Below, piece after piece: positions 51,892 to 62,570 of a stretch of 64,000 nucleotides of DNA. The stretch covers positions 1-64,000 of the forward strand of contig CAVSBQ010000002.1 of NCBI GenBank assembly GCA_963726265.1, in the 5' to 3' direction. The notes beneath the pieces were generated by a model. It saw only the letters and a list, made by a program, of their open reading frames with translations. It did no database searches and was not told where the DNA came from. The position numbers and the translations under genes are program-made. Origin of the DNA: Candidatus Aenigmatarchaeota archaeon (lineage in GTDB: Archaea > Aenigmatarchaeota > Aenigmatarchaeia > QMZP01 > QMZT01). The first letter of the stretch is position 1. Every line of letters begins with the position of its first letter.

Positions 51892-53499
51892 CTATATTAA
51901 CCCAAAAAGTCCGATAAGGGCGAGCACCACACCCAGGAAACCCTCGCCGCCGATGAGGCCTGCTGCGATTAGCTGGCCTTTCTCCGTCCAGCCCTTCTTG
52001 TCTGCAAAGTAGCGGATTATGCCGCCCGCGAACAGCGGGAACGAGAGCTCGATGGGCGCGTAAAGGCCGATGCCGAAGGCGATTGGCGCTATGCCCTGCC
52101 TGAAATAGATGGAAACCAGGGTGAGAATCCCGCCGAATATTATGCCCCATACCATGTATTGTGAAATCCCTCCAGCAGACACAATCGCGGAAAGCGCGAC
52201 CGCTTGGGGCGCGGGCAGGTTTACGGAGCCGATTTTATACATCTGGTCCAATGCCAGGAGCACGACGCCTATGACAATTCCGGACGAGAAAACGCTTATC
52301 ACCTGCGCCTTTATCTGGTCTCTGGGCTTCGTCCCGACAAGGTGGCCGGCCTTCAAATCCTGCATGAAGTCGCCTGCCATGCCAGCGGAGATGCAGAGTA
52401 TCGCGGCAAGCACGACCGCGATGACGGGGTCGAGCTGCACGAACAGAAGAACGATTATCAGGATGGCCATGGCGAACACTTCCATGGGGTCGATGTTTAT
52501 CTCGCCCGTTATGCGCGCTGCTATGTAGCTCACCAGGAAAGCGCCGAAGATGGAGACTATCGCGATGATAACGTTAAGTCTCAGTGCAATGCTCAGCAGC
52601 GCAGCAAAAATTATTACAGCTACGAACCACCACCTGCTGCGCTTCTCCTTCTTCCACGCACCTTTCATCATAGGCACGAAGGCTGGCAGGCCCTTTACAA
52701 TGAAGTAAATCACGCTCGCGCCGATTATCACCCCGATGCCGAAGGGCTTCGTGGCCGTCATCATCGCCGCGGCTTTGTCAGGGAAGACCGCGAAGGAAAC
52801 CAGCGCCGGCACCGCAACGAGATACGATGCAACGGCGCCCGCGAACCACAGCGCGGTGAATTTCAGCCCTATCAGGAAACCGCCCGAGAACGTGACAAGG
52901 GTTATGCCTGAGCCGAAAGAGAAATATTTTGCAGCAGGTAGCTTGAGCGAATCGAGGTTGAAAAACGACGGGAACGCCTGGAAATAATCGCGCAATACGG
53001 CGAAAAGCCCGCCCAGGCCGAAGAACGCGAAAACCGTTTTCGCCTTCTTCCCTCCTTCATCGCCTGCTTCGAGGACCTTGGCCGTCGCCGTCCCGTCAGG
53101 ATACGGGAGCTTCAGCCTCTCTATCATCTCCTCGCGCAGGGGAATCGTGAACAATACGCCAAGCAGGCCGCCGACTATCGCGATGAACGTGACTTCCATG
53201 ACCGAAATGTCAAGCCCCATCAGCCATATCGCCGGCACGGTGAAGATTATCCCCGCCGCCAGCATGCCGCCTGTCGAAGCCGCGGTGGCAGCGACGTTCA
53301 CTTCGTTCTTGTTCGTTTTGCCCCTGCCGAAAATCTTCAGAAGGGCGAAGGACATGAGCGTCGCGGTGATTATGGGCCAGTAAACCCCGCCCGCTTTCAG
53401 GCCGGCGTAGGCGGAATACATGCAGATGACCGCGGAAAGGATCACGCCGACGAGAATCGCCTTCCACGTAAAGGCCGAAGAAGATTCCTTTTTTACCAT
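51892..53499 (-). CDS. OPT family oligopeptide transporter
   Basis: YAGLKAG, FTVPA, PLR..MI...LPYPDGTA.A, MQDLKAG and LPAPQA. Confidence 0.92.
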   Translation of the reverse strand: MVKKESSSAFTWKAILVGVILSAVICMYSAYAGLKAGGVYWPIITATLMSFALLKIFGRGKTNKNEVNVAATAASTGGMLAAGIIFTVPAIWLMGLDISVMEVTFIAIVGGLLGVLFTIPLREEMIERLKLPYPDGTATAKVLEAGDEGGKKAKTVFAFFGLGGLFAVLRDYFQAFPSFFNLDSLKLPAAKYFSFGSGITLVTFSGGFLIGLKFTALWFAGAVASYLVAVPALVSFAVFPDKAAAMMTATKPFGIGVIIGASVIYFIVKGLPAFVPMMKGAWKKEKRSRWWFVAVIIFAALLSIALRLNVIIAIVSIFGAFLVSYIAARITGEINIDPMEVFAMAILIIVLLFVQLDPVIAVVLAAILCISAGMAGDFMQDLKAGHLVGTKPRDQIKAQVISVFSSGIVIGVVLLALDQMYKIGSVNLPAPQAVALSAIVSAGGISQYMVWGIIFGGILTLVSIYFRQGIAPIAFGIGLYAPIELSFPLFAGGIIRYFADKKGWTEKGQLIAAGLIGGEGFLGVVLALIGLFGLI

Positions 53500-53565
53500 T
53501 AATTTTCAGATTGAATGAGGGCATATATAAAACATTCTCATTGTTTTACGTGGGTTGTCGAATAT

Positions 53566-53925
53566 CTAAAATTCAGCGTGATTATTTTCAAGAAGTCTTA
53601 TCAGCTGCTCCCTGGTCACCAAACATCTCGGCTTGTAACCGTTCTGCGCGTTGCTCAGGAGATTCCTGTGCGACTTGTTTTTCGAGTTCCCGCCCCTCTC
53701 AGAGGAAACCCTTTTCAGCACCTTTTCGTATTCAAGCGTCCCCCGCGGGAGCTCCCTCTCCATGACATCGAAGCCGCTGCCGTTCGGCTGCAGGCTGATG
53801 CTGCGGAAAGGCGGCTTGCCGGAAGTCGCGCCTTTCTCTTCACCGACCGGCAGTACGGAATAGCCCTTCCACGGTCCGCCGTAGACGTTGCCGCGGTATT
53901 TTTTCCCGAACGCGAGGTAGATCAT
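53566..53925 (-). CDS. Hypothetical protein
   Basis: 119 aa ORF downstream of an AT-rich divergent promoter region. Confidence 0.5.
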   Translation of the reverse strand: MIYLAFGKKYRGNVYGGPWKGYSVLPVGEEKGATSGKPPFRSISLQPNGSGFDVMERELPRGTLEYEKVLKRVSSERGGNSKNKSHRNLLSNAQNGYKPRCLVTREQLIRLLENNHAEF

Positions 53926-54113
53926 AAAAATTCTTAAAGAATTCTTGTGCCCAAGCCCTTATATAATTTTATATATATTTTTGATAAAAATTATGTAAAA
54001 TAATATATAGGATATCTTCGGCATGCCTTTCAGGGATTTTTCCATTTTTGCCATGAATATATAGTTTGGGATAACTAAAGGGTTAAAAAATTTACTGTAT
54101 AATATCAACTCTT

Positions 54114-55376
54114 ATGGAAGATGAAACATTGATGCTCGTGACCGGAGGCGGCCACGTTCATTTCGGGCCTGGAATAAAGACACTGGTAGAAGCCAGCAAA
54201 GAAAGGGGCTGGAAAGTACTGGGTTCTCTCTACGGCTGGAAAGGCGTGGATGCGAATTCTGGCGAGGAAGAAGTTGTGAATTTGGGGCTTCTGGATTCCG
54301 GCAGACTGGAAAGGATGATGAGCATAGGCGGTTCGCCGCTGTTTTCTTCAAGAACCAAGGCACAAATGGAGAGGACGCGGGCCACAATGAGAAAGTATGG
54401 CGTTACATACGTTATCGGTTTTGGTGGTGATGATACCCTGAGCGTTGATGCTGGGGTTCCCATAATAGGATGGCCGAAAACAATGGACAACAACCTCGGC
54501 CCACAGTCTTCAGAACCAGACCTGTCTCGTGGAACTTATTTTACCATAGGATACCCAACTGCCGTTGAAAAAGCAGGTAAAGCGACAGCCGTAGGCCATT
54601 CGAATGCACAGACCAACAGCAGCACTCACATAATAATACCATTCGGAAGGAGCCAGGATTTCGTTGGCGTGGGCGCGACAGCTTACGGAGCTGCTGATTT
54701 CATGGCTCCCGGAGAAAGAAATGTCAATTTCGAAGAATTCTACCAAAGACTTCAGGAGGCCCGTCTTAAAAACGCGGAACTTTACAAATGCAAGCCCTTT
54801 GCCGTTGCGGTCGTTCCGGAAGGAGTGAACAGAGGTAATGTTGTCGAATTTTTAGAGGAGTTTGCGCCTCCTGAACTGGTTCAATATGCAAAGAATGAAA
54901 ATTATTTCAAAAAAGATGATTTCGAGCACATGGAACTTAACCCAGAACTGATAAGCATGATGTTGTCCGAAAGTCTTTTGAAAAGAAGCAAGGACGAACC
55001 TAAAGAAAGAAAAATAACAAAGGTTACATCAAAGGTGGTCAGTTATCATCTGAGGGACGGAGTTTCCACGGAAATAGACCAGCGCATGGGCTCGGAAACG
55101 GCTATGAAGTGCATTGAACTCATAGAGCTGGGCAAAGAGGGGCTCATGGCAACGGTACGATGGGATCCGGTTAGTAGCGATTTCACCACAGGCGATGTTC
55201 CCATAAAGGATGCGATAAAACAAAGATATGTCGACGGCACTGGATTTTTTGATTACGCAGGGACGTGGAAACCCACAGAAAAATTTATTGTGTACGCCAG
55301 CAGATTTGCAGGAACCCCGCCCCAGAAACAGGATCTCATTCACGGACCTTACCAGAAAGCCGTGCCTGTTGGTTAA
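54114..55376 (+). CDS. Divergent PfkA-family phosphofructokinase (PPi-type signature)
   Basis: TGGG..PG, GGS.L.SSR, GGDDT, PKTMDN, TIGY.TA, V.V.EG and Y..R.G. Confidence 0.8.
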   Translation: MEDETLMLVTGGGHVHFGPGIKTLVEASKERGWKVLGSLYGWKGVDANSGEEEVVNLGLLDSGRLERMMSIGGSPLFSSRTKAQMERTRATMRKYGVTYVIGFGGDDTLSVDAGVPIIGWPKTMDNNLGPQSSEPDLSRGTYFTIGYPTAVEKAGKATAVGHSNAQTNSSTHIIIPFGRSQDFVGVGATAYGAADFMAPGERNVNFEEFYQRLQEARLKNAELYKCKPFAVAVVPEGVNRGNVVEFLEEFAPPELVQYAKNENYFKKDDFEHMELNPELISMMLSESLLKRSKDEPKERKITKVTSKVVSYHLRDGVSTEIDQRMGSETAMKCIELIELGKEGLMATVRWDPVSSDFTTGDVPIKDAIKQRYVDGTGFFDYAGTWKPTEKFIVYASRFAGTPPQKQDLIHGPYQKAVPVG

Positions 55377-55384
55377 ACAACTTT

Positions 55385-55411
55385 TTAATAGACCGGGAAA
55401 TTCCTGCAAAA
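55385..55411 (-). repeat. Diverged copy of the glyA 3' end
   Basis: Encodes FCRNFPVY* versus glyA LCRGFQVY*; 19/27 nt identical. Confidence 0.65.
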
Positions 55412-55433
55412 AATGAACCGGCCCTGGAGTGGC

Positions 55434-55964
55434 TCATTTCTTTTCATGCTGTTTTTTCATGAAGAACTCGCAGGCGGGACATCCCAGCTCCATCTGCTTA
55501 CAGTGCGGGCATGCAAGCTTGCCGTACACAATCGGGTTGCCTAGGAAAGTGACAACCAGCGGCCAGACCGCAATCCCTATCACGGCAAGGCTGAAGTTTG
55601 GCCAGTTCACGTAAGTCAGATATGCTCCTGCTATCACCGCAATTATCACCGGCAGCATAGTGGGGATGAAATTCTTCACGGTCAGCTTCCTTTCGTTGAA
55701 TTTCCTTTTCTCGTCCTTCTTCATGAAAACCTTCGCTATCTTACCCTTGCCGCATACGCAGCGCTTTCCGTAATAATAGCAGCGCACGCACCCTCCCCTG
55801 AGCGCCTGGACTTCGAGAAACGCGGTGTAAACGAAAACCAGCAGCGCGAGTAACGGCAATACCATGTATGACAGGTAAAGCGCCGATGCGTAGACGGAAA
55901 ACGAGAAAAAATAGTAGACAAGCATCATCCATGCCGGATAGCTTTCAAACAATTTATCAGCCAT
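55434..55964 (-). CDS. Membrane protein with two Cys clusters
   Basis: 4 TM segments; CVRCYYYGKRC and CPHCKQ...GCP. Confidence 0.75.
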   Translation of the reverse strand: MADKLFESYPAWMMLVYYFFSFSVYASALYLSYMVLPLLALLVFVYTAFLEVQALRGGCVRCYYYGKRCVCGKGKIAKVFMKKDEKRKFNERKLTVKNFIPTMLPVIIAVIAGAYLTYVNWPNFSLAVIGIAVWPLVVTFLGNPIVYGKLACPHCKQMELGCPACEFFMKKQHEKK

Positions 55965-56008
55965 ATTCAAACCACCTCAATTGGTTTTATCAAACGTCTC
56001 AGTAAACC

Positions 56009-57247
56009 TCAATAAACCTGGAATCCCCTGCAGAGCTCCCGGACTTCTGTGCGAACCTTCGCCAGCGCCGCGTCATCCTTGTAATGCATTATCGCTTTCG
56101 CAATCAGCTCCCCGACGCGCTTCATCTCGCTTTCCTTCATGCCTCTGGTCGTGATTGCGGGCGTTCCCAGGCGGATGCCGCTCGGGTCGAAGGGCGAGCG
56201 CGGGTCGTAGGGGATCATATTCTTGTTCACGGTTATCCCCGCCTTGTCGAGCGCGGTTTCCGCTTCCTTCCCTGTCACGTTCTTGTTGCGCAGGTCTACG
56301 AGAATCAGGTGGTTGTCCGTGCCGCCTGAAATGAGGGTAAAGCCTTCGCCCATAAGCGACGAAGCGAGCGCCTTCGCATTCTTCACGATTTGTTTCGCGT
56401 AATTCTTGAACTCGGGCTTCATCGCTTCTTTGAAAGCGACTGCGACGGCCGCAATCGTATGCTCGTGCGGCCCTCCCTGGAGGCCGGGGAAAACGGCCTT
56501 GTCAATCGCTTCGGCGAAACGCTGTTTGCACATTATCATTCCGCCCCTCGGCCCGCGAAGGGTTTTGTGAGTCGTGGTCGTGACCACATCGGTAAAGGGG
56601 AACGGCGACGGATGCACGCCGCCGACGATCAGGCCGGCGATGTGCGCGATGTCGGCCATCGATATCGCCCCCGCCTCCTCGGCGATTTCCGCGAAGGCCT
56701 TGAAGTCGAACTGGCGCGGATACGCCGTCGCTCCTGACACGATTATCTTCGGCTTCTCCTTCAGCGCGAGCTTGCGGACTTCATCATAATCTATCAGATG
56801 GGTTTTCGGGTCGACGCCGTATGAGACGACCCTGTAAGCCTTGCCCGAGAAGTTGACCTTGTGGCCGTGCGTGAGATGCCCTCCTTGCGCGAGGTTCATG
56901 CCCATGAGCGTGTCGCCGAAATTCATCAGGGCGAAATAGACCTCGATGTTCGCGGGCGAGCCTGAAAGCGGCTGGACGTTCACGTGCTCGCAGCCGAACA
57001 GCTTCTTCGCGCGTTCGATGGCGAGGTTCTCGACCTTGTCTATGACCTGGTTACCGCCGTAATAGCGTTTCCCTGGGTAGCCTTCGGCGTATTTGTTGTT
57101 GAAGACCGAGCCCAGTGCATGCAAAACAGCCTTGCTCGGAAAGTTCTCGGAAGGGATGAGCTCGAGGCCCTCGTTTATCCTCCTCGTCTCGTCCTGCTCC
57201 AGCCCGAAAATGTCCGGGTCAGTCGTCTTGAGATTGTCATTCCACAT
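56009..57247 (-). CDS. glyA: Serine hydroxymethyltransferase
   Basis: [27 protein letters not shown] and [14 protein letters not shown]. Confidence 0.98.
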   Translation of the reverse strand: MWNDNLKTTDPDIFGLEQDETRRINEGLELIPSENFPSKAVLHALGSVFNNKYAEGYPGKRYYGGNQVIDKVENLAIERAKKLFGCEHVNVQPLSGSPANIEVYFALMNFGDTLMGMNLAQGGHLTHGHKVNFSGKAYRVVSYGVDPKTHLIDYDEVRKLALKEKPKIIVSGATAYPRQFDFKAFAEIAEEAGAISMADIAHIAGLIVGGVHPSPFPFTDVVTTTTHKTLRGPRGGMIMCKQRFAEAIDKAVFPGLQGGPHEHTIAAVAVAFKEAMKPEFKNYAKQIVKNAKALASSLMGEGFTLISGGTDNHLILVDLRNKNVTGKEAETALDKAGITVNKNMIPYDPRSPFDPSGIRLGTPAITTRGMKESEMKRVGELIAKAIMHYKDDAALAKVRTEVRELCRGFQVY

Positions 57248-57335
57248 GCAAGCACCATTAGATATAATGTTAAATTTTTGTCGCGCAGATTAAAAAGTGT
57301 TTGCAGAATCTAAAACCCGCCTAAAAATTCTCAAT

Positions 57336-57575
57336 CTACCAGGTGTCTTGGGTAAATTTTAATTTGAGGTCGTTTGCCAAAGAGTCTAATCCTGACAAAT
57401 TTGCAGGTGAGTACACAAATGGTATTGTGTCAATTAATTTTTCACCTTTGTATATTTCCGCGCATATAGGATGACGTGGATCCGAAGATCTGAGAAAGTG
57501 TATGTGAAGATCGGGCGCTATTGAGAAATACCACGCTATATGCCGGTCGCTTAGTTGTCCATTTTCGTTAATCAT
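57336..57575 (-). CDS. Hypothetical protein (AT-rich)
   Basis: 79 aa ORF between thyX and glyA. Confidence 0.5.
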   Translation of the reverse strand: MINENGQLSDRHIAWYFSIAPDLHIHFLRSSDPRHPICAEIYKGEKLIDTIPFVYSPANLSGLDSLANDLKLKFTQDTW

Positions 57576-57658
57576 AAAATTAATGGAAGTTAAATTTTAT
57601 AAACTTAACTACTACCTACTCATAGTCTCAGAATCTTGAGTTTTTCCTGAGAAATCAG

Positions 57659-59192
57659 CTACCTCGTCGGGCCTTCTTCCATGTCGACTTTTATGTATTT
57701 AGCCAGCAGCGGGTGGACGCGCTTGACTTCCTTGTAAAGCTCCCATGCCACGCGCCTGTATGATATGTGGCCTTCCTTCGAGGAGCGCAGGCGTATGAAG
57801 TGGTAAAGCTCGCGCAGGTTCCACGTGAACAGCGTGCGTTTCCTGTAGGCCAGGGGAACGACGTATTGCGCCTCCTTGGGGAAACGCTCCGAGATTTTCC
57901 CGAACGCGTCGCTGGCGGCTTCCATGGCCTGCCTGAAGCGCTTTTCGCAGCCGATGGCGGCGATTTCCGGAGGCATGTCATAGCCATTCGCCGTCGTTAA
58001 CGTCTGGTTGGTCTGCGTCGCCATGCGGTGCCGCTGGATGTCGCGGAAGGCGCCGTAATCGACTAGTATGTCAAAAGTATAATGGGCGTGCTCGAGCTCG
58101 CGCATGGGCATGTCGTGCTTCCCCATTCGCTTCATGAACTCGTCGAACACGCGCTCTTTCTCCGCCTGCTCCATGCCCTTAACCTTTTTCAGTATCCGGG
58201 CGTATGGCTGGCTGGAATACTTGTAGATGATGGAGGCGATGACCTTGTTTTCCGCGTCCCTGTCGTAGTCGACGAGCGCGACCTCCTTCCGTTCCTTCGT
58301 CCGCGACGGCTTCGAACGCCTTGCAGGCGCTCTCCATCCAGAAATCCGTCTCGTGCATGTAGTGGTTCCTCTCGGCGTATTTGACCAGCGTGGGTATGAG
58401 TTTCACGACCTCGGTTTTCATGTCCGCGCCGATCCTGTTCATCTCTTCGAGCGGGCTCGAAAGCAGCTTCGTGAGCATGCGCTCCAGCGCGCGGGCGTTG
58501 GCGGTTATCGCGAGATTCGTCAGCGTCGAGGCGGGCAGCGCATACCTGCAGACGTCGCATGCCCTCGCCTTCGTGACGGCCTCGTAAAGCTTCGCGTCCA
58601 TGCCATCGGGCTTCGGATGCGTTTTTTCCATGTGGGCAAGCATCTTCGGCATCATTTCCAGGTAAAGGTCGAACAGCGAGCTGCACGTCTTCCCGTAGAG
58701 CTCGGCGAACTCGGAATCCATGAGCTTCCCCGGCTTGTAGAACTTGTCGCGGTCGAAGACCTGGTAGCGCGTCGATTTCTCGGTGTATGAGGCGAGCCGC
58801 GAATCCTCGATGGCTTTCGTCGCAAGGATGGAGACGTTCTCGACCGCGATGCTGGCGACTGCGTGCTCCGCGACGGATGAATGACCATAACCCACGACCC
58901 AGCGCTCATGGAACTTGCGCGCCTTCTCCTTGGCGTCCTTGTAGTCGAGGCCGTTTCCCGAATAAATGCGCATGACATCGCCCATGTCTATGTCCCTGCT
59001 TTTTATCAGCTTCAGCAGGTTCTCGCGGAAACTCGCAGGGCTGCGCGACACGTAGGCGAACAGGACCGCGACGACCTCGGGCGGGAGATTGTATATTACG
59101 TAGATGTCCTTGTCCATGCTGCTGACGTGGTTCTTCAGGATCGTCTCGTCCTCTTTCGAAAAGCTGCCTTGACCGTCTTTCCCCTCTTCCAT
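57659..59192 (-). CDS. thyX: Two-domain FAD-dependent thymidylate synthase ThyX, frameshifted near 58180-58290
   Basis: YGHSSVAEHA, EKSTRY, NARAL; second domain RELEH, FRDIQRHR, NLRELYHFIRLR. Confidence 0.9.
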
Positions 59193-59882
59193 TCACCTCA
59201 ACCCCGATGAAAAGATTATCCGTCCAAATTTTATAAGCGTTTTGCGCCGGGCGCGCTTGGCTCGAAACATGAGCAAAAGGGCCTCAGCAAGTAATTTAAA
59301 ACTGCAATTCATCAGATTAAGGCATGCATCATCAGACACGGCGTGTTCAAACGCCTATGCGCAGTCATTTGTTCAGAAACCACCCTCAGCAGCCACACAA
59401 ACAGATGCACTAAGCTGGATAACTGAAGGATGAACTGACCCAGAAAAAGGACGGGGATGGAAAAGAAGTTTTAAAGAGTTGCAGAGTTATATCGCATGAA
59501 AAACAGAAGTCAAAATACATGAATATTATTTGAGGGAAATGGATGTGAGAATTACAAAGAGAAGGGAAATCGATTACGTGAAACTGAGGCGCAACGGCGA
59601 TGTATTGCCTGAATAATTGATACTCTGGCAGAATATTCATAAAAAAAATTTACGAATCTCGCGAGTCATGAAATTCATTAGAAACAGTGATGGGGCAACA
59701 AATATTACGTTTTGAAAATACCGGGCCGAACGTAAAATAGTCAACTAAACATTTCGTGTTTCAATGAAGAGATATTCGGATTACAGCAAACATATACGAG
59801 TAAAATGCTTAACGCTATGAAGCAATTTTTCTGATGAATAATTTAAACCACGGATTCAATAATTTTTAATGAAAGTGGTGCT

Positions 59883-60813
59883 ATGGGTGTTTATGACGTC
59901 GTGATTGTGGGCCTCGGTCCTGCCGGCCTGACCGCGGGCATCTATGCCACGAGGTTCGGGCTGAAGACCCTCGTCATAGGCAAGGAGCCGGGAGGCCAGG
60001 CCAACGAGGCGTACGAGGTCGACAACTACCCCGGCATGCTGCGCGCGAAGGGCATGGAGATAATGAACAAGTTCCGCGAGCAGACCAAGGCGCTGGGAGC
60101 AGAGGTTGTGTATGCGGAAGTCGTCGACATGAAGAAGAAGGGCGGAAGCGGTTTCATAGTCAAAACCGAGAGCGGCGAATACGAAGGCGAAGTCGGTCAT
60201 AATCGCGACCGGCTCCAGGAAGCGCAGGCTCGACGTCCCGGGCGAGAACGAGCTGCGCGGACGAGGAGTTTCGTATTGCGGCACGTGCGACGCGCCGTTC
60301 TACAAGGGCAGGACCGTCGTCGTCGTAGGCGGAGGCAGCGCGGCCGTCATGACCGCGCTCATGCTCACCGAGCACGCGAAGAAGGTTTACCTCGCCTACA
60401 GGAAAGAGAAGGACGACATGCGCGCCATGCCCGCGTGGATCAGGATGGCGGAGCAGAACAAGAAGATAGAGATGCTCTTCTGCGCGGTGCCGAAAAGAAT
60501 TGCGGGAAAGGAAAGCGTCGAAGCCGTCGTTTTCGAAAAAGGCGGGAAGGAATTCAGGCTTAAGGCCGAAGGCGTTTTTGTCGAAATAGGCTCCGACCCG
60601 CAGAGCGAGCTCGCGCACAGGCTCGGCGTTTCGCTCGACGCCAAGTCGGGCAAGATAAAAGTCGGGCCTGACATGGCGACGAACGTGAAAGGCGTATTTG
60701 CAGCGGGGGACGTGACCAACGGCTCCGCGGACTTCGAGCAGATAATAATCGCGGGCGCGGAAGGGGCGAATGCCGCACGCTCCGCATACAAGCATGTCAG
60801 GAAGCGCGCTTAG
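59883..60813 (+). CDS. trxB: Thioredoxin reductase, frameshift near 60190
   Basis: GLGPAG, NYPG, ATGS, GVSYCGTCD, GGG..A and AAGDV. Confidence 0.93.
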
Positions 60814-60912
60814 TTTTCTGTCGTTCACTGAAGCAAAACCCTAATAAATCTTGAATGCAATAAAATAACTACCGTTTGATTTTTCAAATTCAGAGTTGAG
60901 GTGGGGTGGTTA

Positions 60913-62172
60913 ATGATGGCAGAAAAAGCTGAGAAAGTTGATCCTTTCGAATCCGCTCAGAAGCAGCTCAAGAAGGCGATTGATGTTCTCAAGATGGGCG
61001 ACGACGTTTATGAAGTTCTCAGGAACGTGAGCGAATACCTTGAGGTCTCGATTCCCGTGAGAATGGACAACGGCAAGATGCGCGTTTTCAAGGGCTACCG
61101 CGTGCACCACAACAACATGCGCGGCCCTTACAAAGGAGGGATACGCTTCCATCCCGACGTCAATATCAGCGAGGTCAAGGCGCTCGCGTCGTGGATGACC
61201 TGGAAATGCTCGGTGGTCGGGATTCCCTACGGCGGCGCGAAGGGCGGGGTCGTCTGCAATCCGAAAGAAATGAGCGAGGGCGAGCTCGAGCGGCTTTCGC
61301 GGGGCTACGTCCGCGCGATGGGCGATTTCATCGGGCCCAAGAAGGACATTCCCGCGCCGGACGTCTACACCACGCCCAAGATAATGGCATGGATGATGGA
61401 CGAGTTCTCGAAGAGGAAGGGTTACAACGTGCCCGGCGTCATAACTGGGAAGCCAGTCGACGCCTTCGGTTCGGAAGGTCGCGACGAAGCGACGGGCTAC
61501 GGCCACGCCGTCATCACGAGAGAGCTGCTGAAATACCTCAAGCTCGACCCGAAGAAGATGACCGCCGTGATACAGGGCTACGGGAACCTCGGCCACGTCG
61601 TCGCGGAGCAATACACCAGGATGGGCATAAAGGTCGTCGCCGCGTCCGATTCGAAGGGCGGCGTATACGACCCGAACGGCCTCGTTCCCGCAGACGTGAT
61701 GGCGCAGAAGGACAAGACGGGCAGCGTCGTCGGCCTCAAAGGGGCGAAGGCCATAACCAACGACGAGCTCTTCAGCCTGAAATGCGACATCCTCGCTCCG
61801 TGCGCGCTCGAGAACGTTATAACGAAGGAGAACGCGCCGAAAATACAGGCGAGGTTCGTGATAGAAGGCGCGAACGGTCCGACGACGCCTGAAGCGGACG
61901 AAATACTTTTCAGGAAAGGCATCATGGTCGTGCCGGACATTCTCGCGAACGCCGGCGGCGTGACGGTCTCGTATTTCGAGTGGGTACAGAACAACATGAA
62001 TTATTACTGGTCGAAGGAAGAGGTGAACGAGAGGCTGGACAGACTCATGACAAAGGCCTTCAAGGAAATCGCGGCCATAAGGGACAGGCTGAAGGTCGAC
62101 ATGAGAACCGCCGCGTATATACTTTCCGTGAAGCGCGTCGCGGAAACCATGAAATTGAGGGGAGTGGGGTGA
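60913..62172 (+). CDS. gdhA: Glutamate dehydrogenase
   Basis: GPYKGGIRFHP, GGAKGG, DIPAPD, QGYGN, EGANGP and NAGGV. Confidence 0.97.
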   Translation: MMAEKAEKVDPFESAQKQLKKAIDVLKMGDDVYEVLRNVSEYLEVSIPVRMDNGKMRVFKGYRVHHNNMRGPYKGGIRFHPDVNISEVKALASWMTWKCSVVGIPYGGAKGGVVCNPKEMSEGELERLSRGYVRAMGDFIGPKKDIPAPDVYTTPKIMAWMMDEFSKRKGYNVPGVITGKPVDAFGSEGRDEATGYGHAVITRELLKYLKLDPKKMTAVIQGYGNLGHVVAEQYTRMGIKVVAASDSKGGVYDPNGLVPADVMAQKDKTGSVVGLKGAKAITNDELFSLKCDILAPCALENVITKENAPKIQARFVIEGANGPTTPEADEILFRKGIMVVPDILANAGGVTVSYFEWVQNNMNYYWSKEEVNERLDRLMTKAFKEIAAIRDRLKVDMRTAAYILSVKRVAETMKLRGVG

Positions 62173-62177
62173 CGGTA

Positions 62178-62498
62178 ATGCACGTGACGGAACTGGACGA
62201 CGCGAAACTGAAAGGCTTCCTGGTCAAGAACAGGCTCGCTCTCATCGATTTCTATGCCGACTGGTGCGGCCCGTGCCAGGCGCTCAAGCCGGTGATAGAG
62301 GAGCTCGCCGGCGAGATGAAAGGCAAGGTTGCATTCGCCAAGATGGACGTGGACCAGAACAGGGAGAGCGCAGGCAAATACGGCATCATGTCGATGCCCA
62401 CGCTTCTCGTGTTCAGGGAAGGGAAGCTGGTCGACCGGCTCGTCGGCGCGCTGCCCAAGGATGCGATAAGGCAGAGACTCGTCAAGTTCACCGAATAA
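62178..62498 (+). CDS. trxA: Thioredoxin
   Basis: DFYADWCGPC and MPT. Confidence 0.95.
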   Translation: MHVTELDDAKLKGFLVKNRLALIDFYADWCGPCQALKPVIEELAGEMKGKVAFAKMDVDQNRESAGKYGIMSMPTLLVFREGKLVDRLVGALPKDAIRQRLVKFTE

Positions 62499-62570
62499 AA
62501 AGCCCAATTATGCGCCTTTCCTTGCGCCTTTCCACTAGTTTATATAATTGTAAATAAAATAATTAATAAC

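Noticed and set aside
57336..57350. Possible thyX tail reuse (ACCTGGTAG versus ACGAGGTAG)
   Set aside because: Too short to distinguish from chance.
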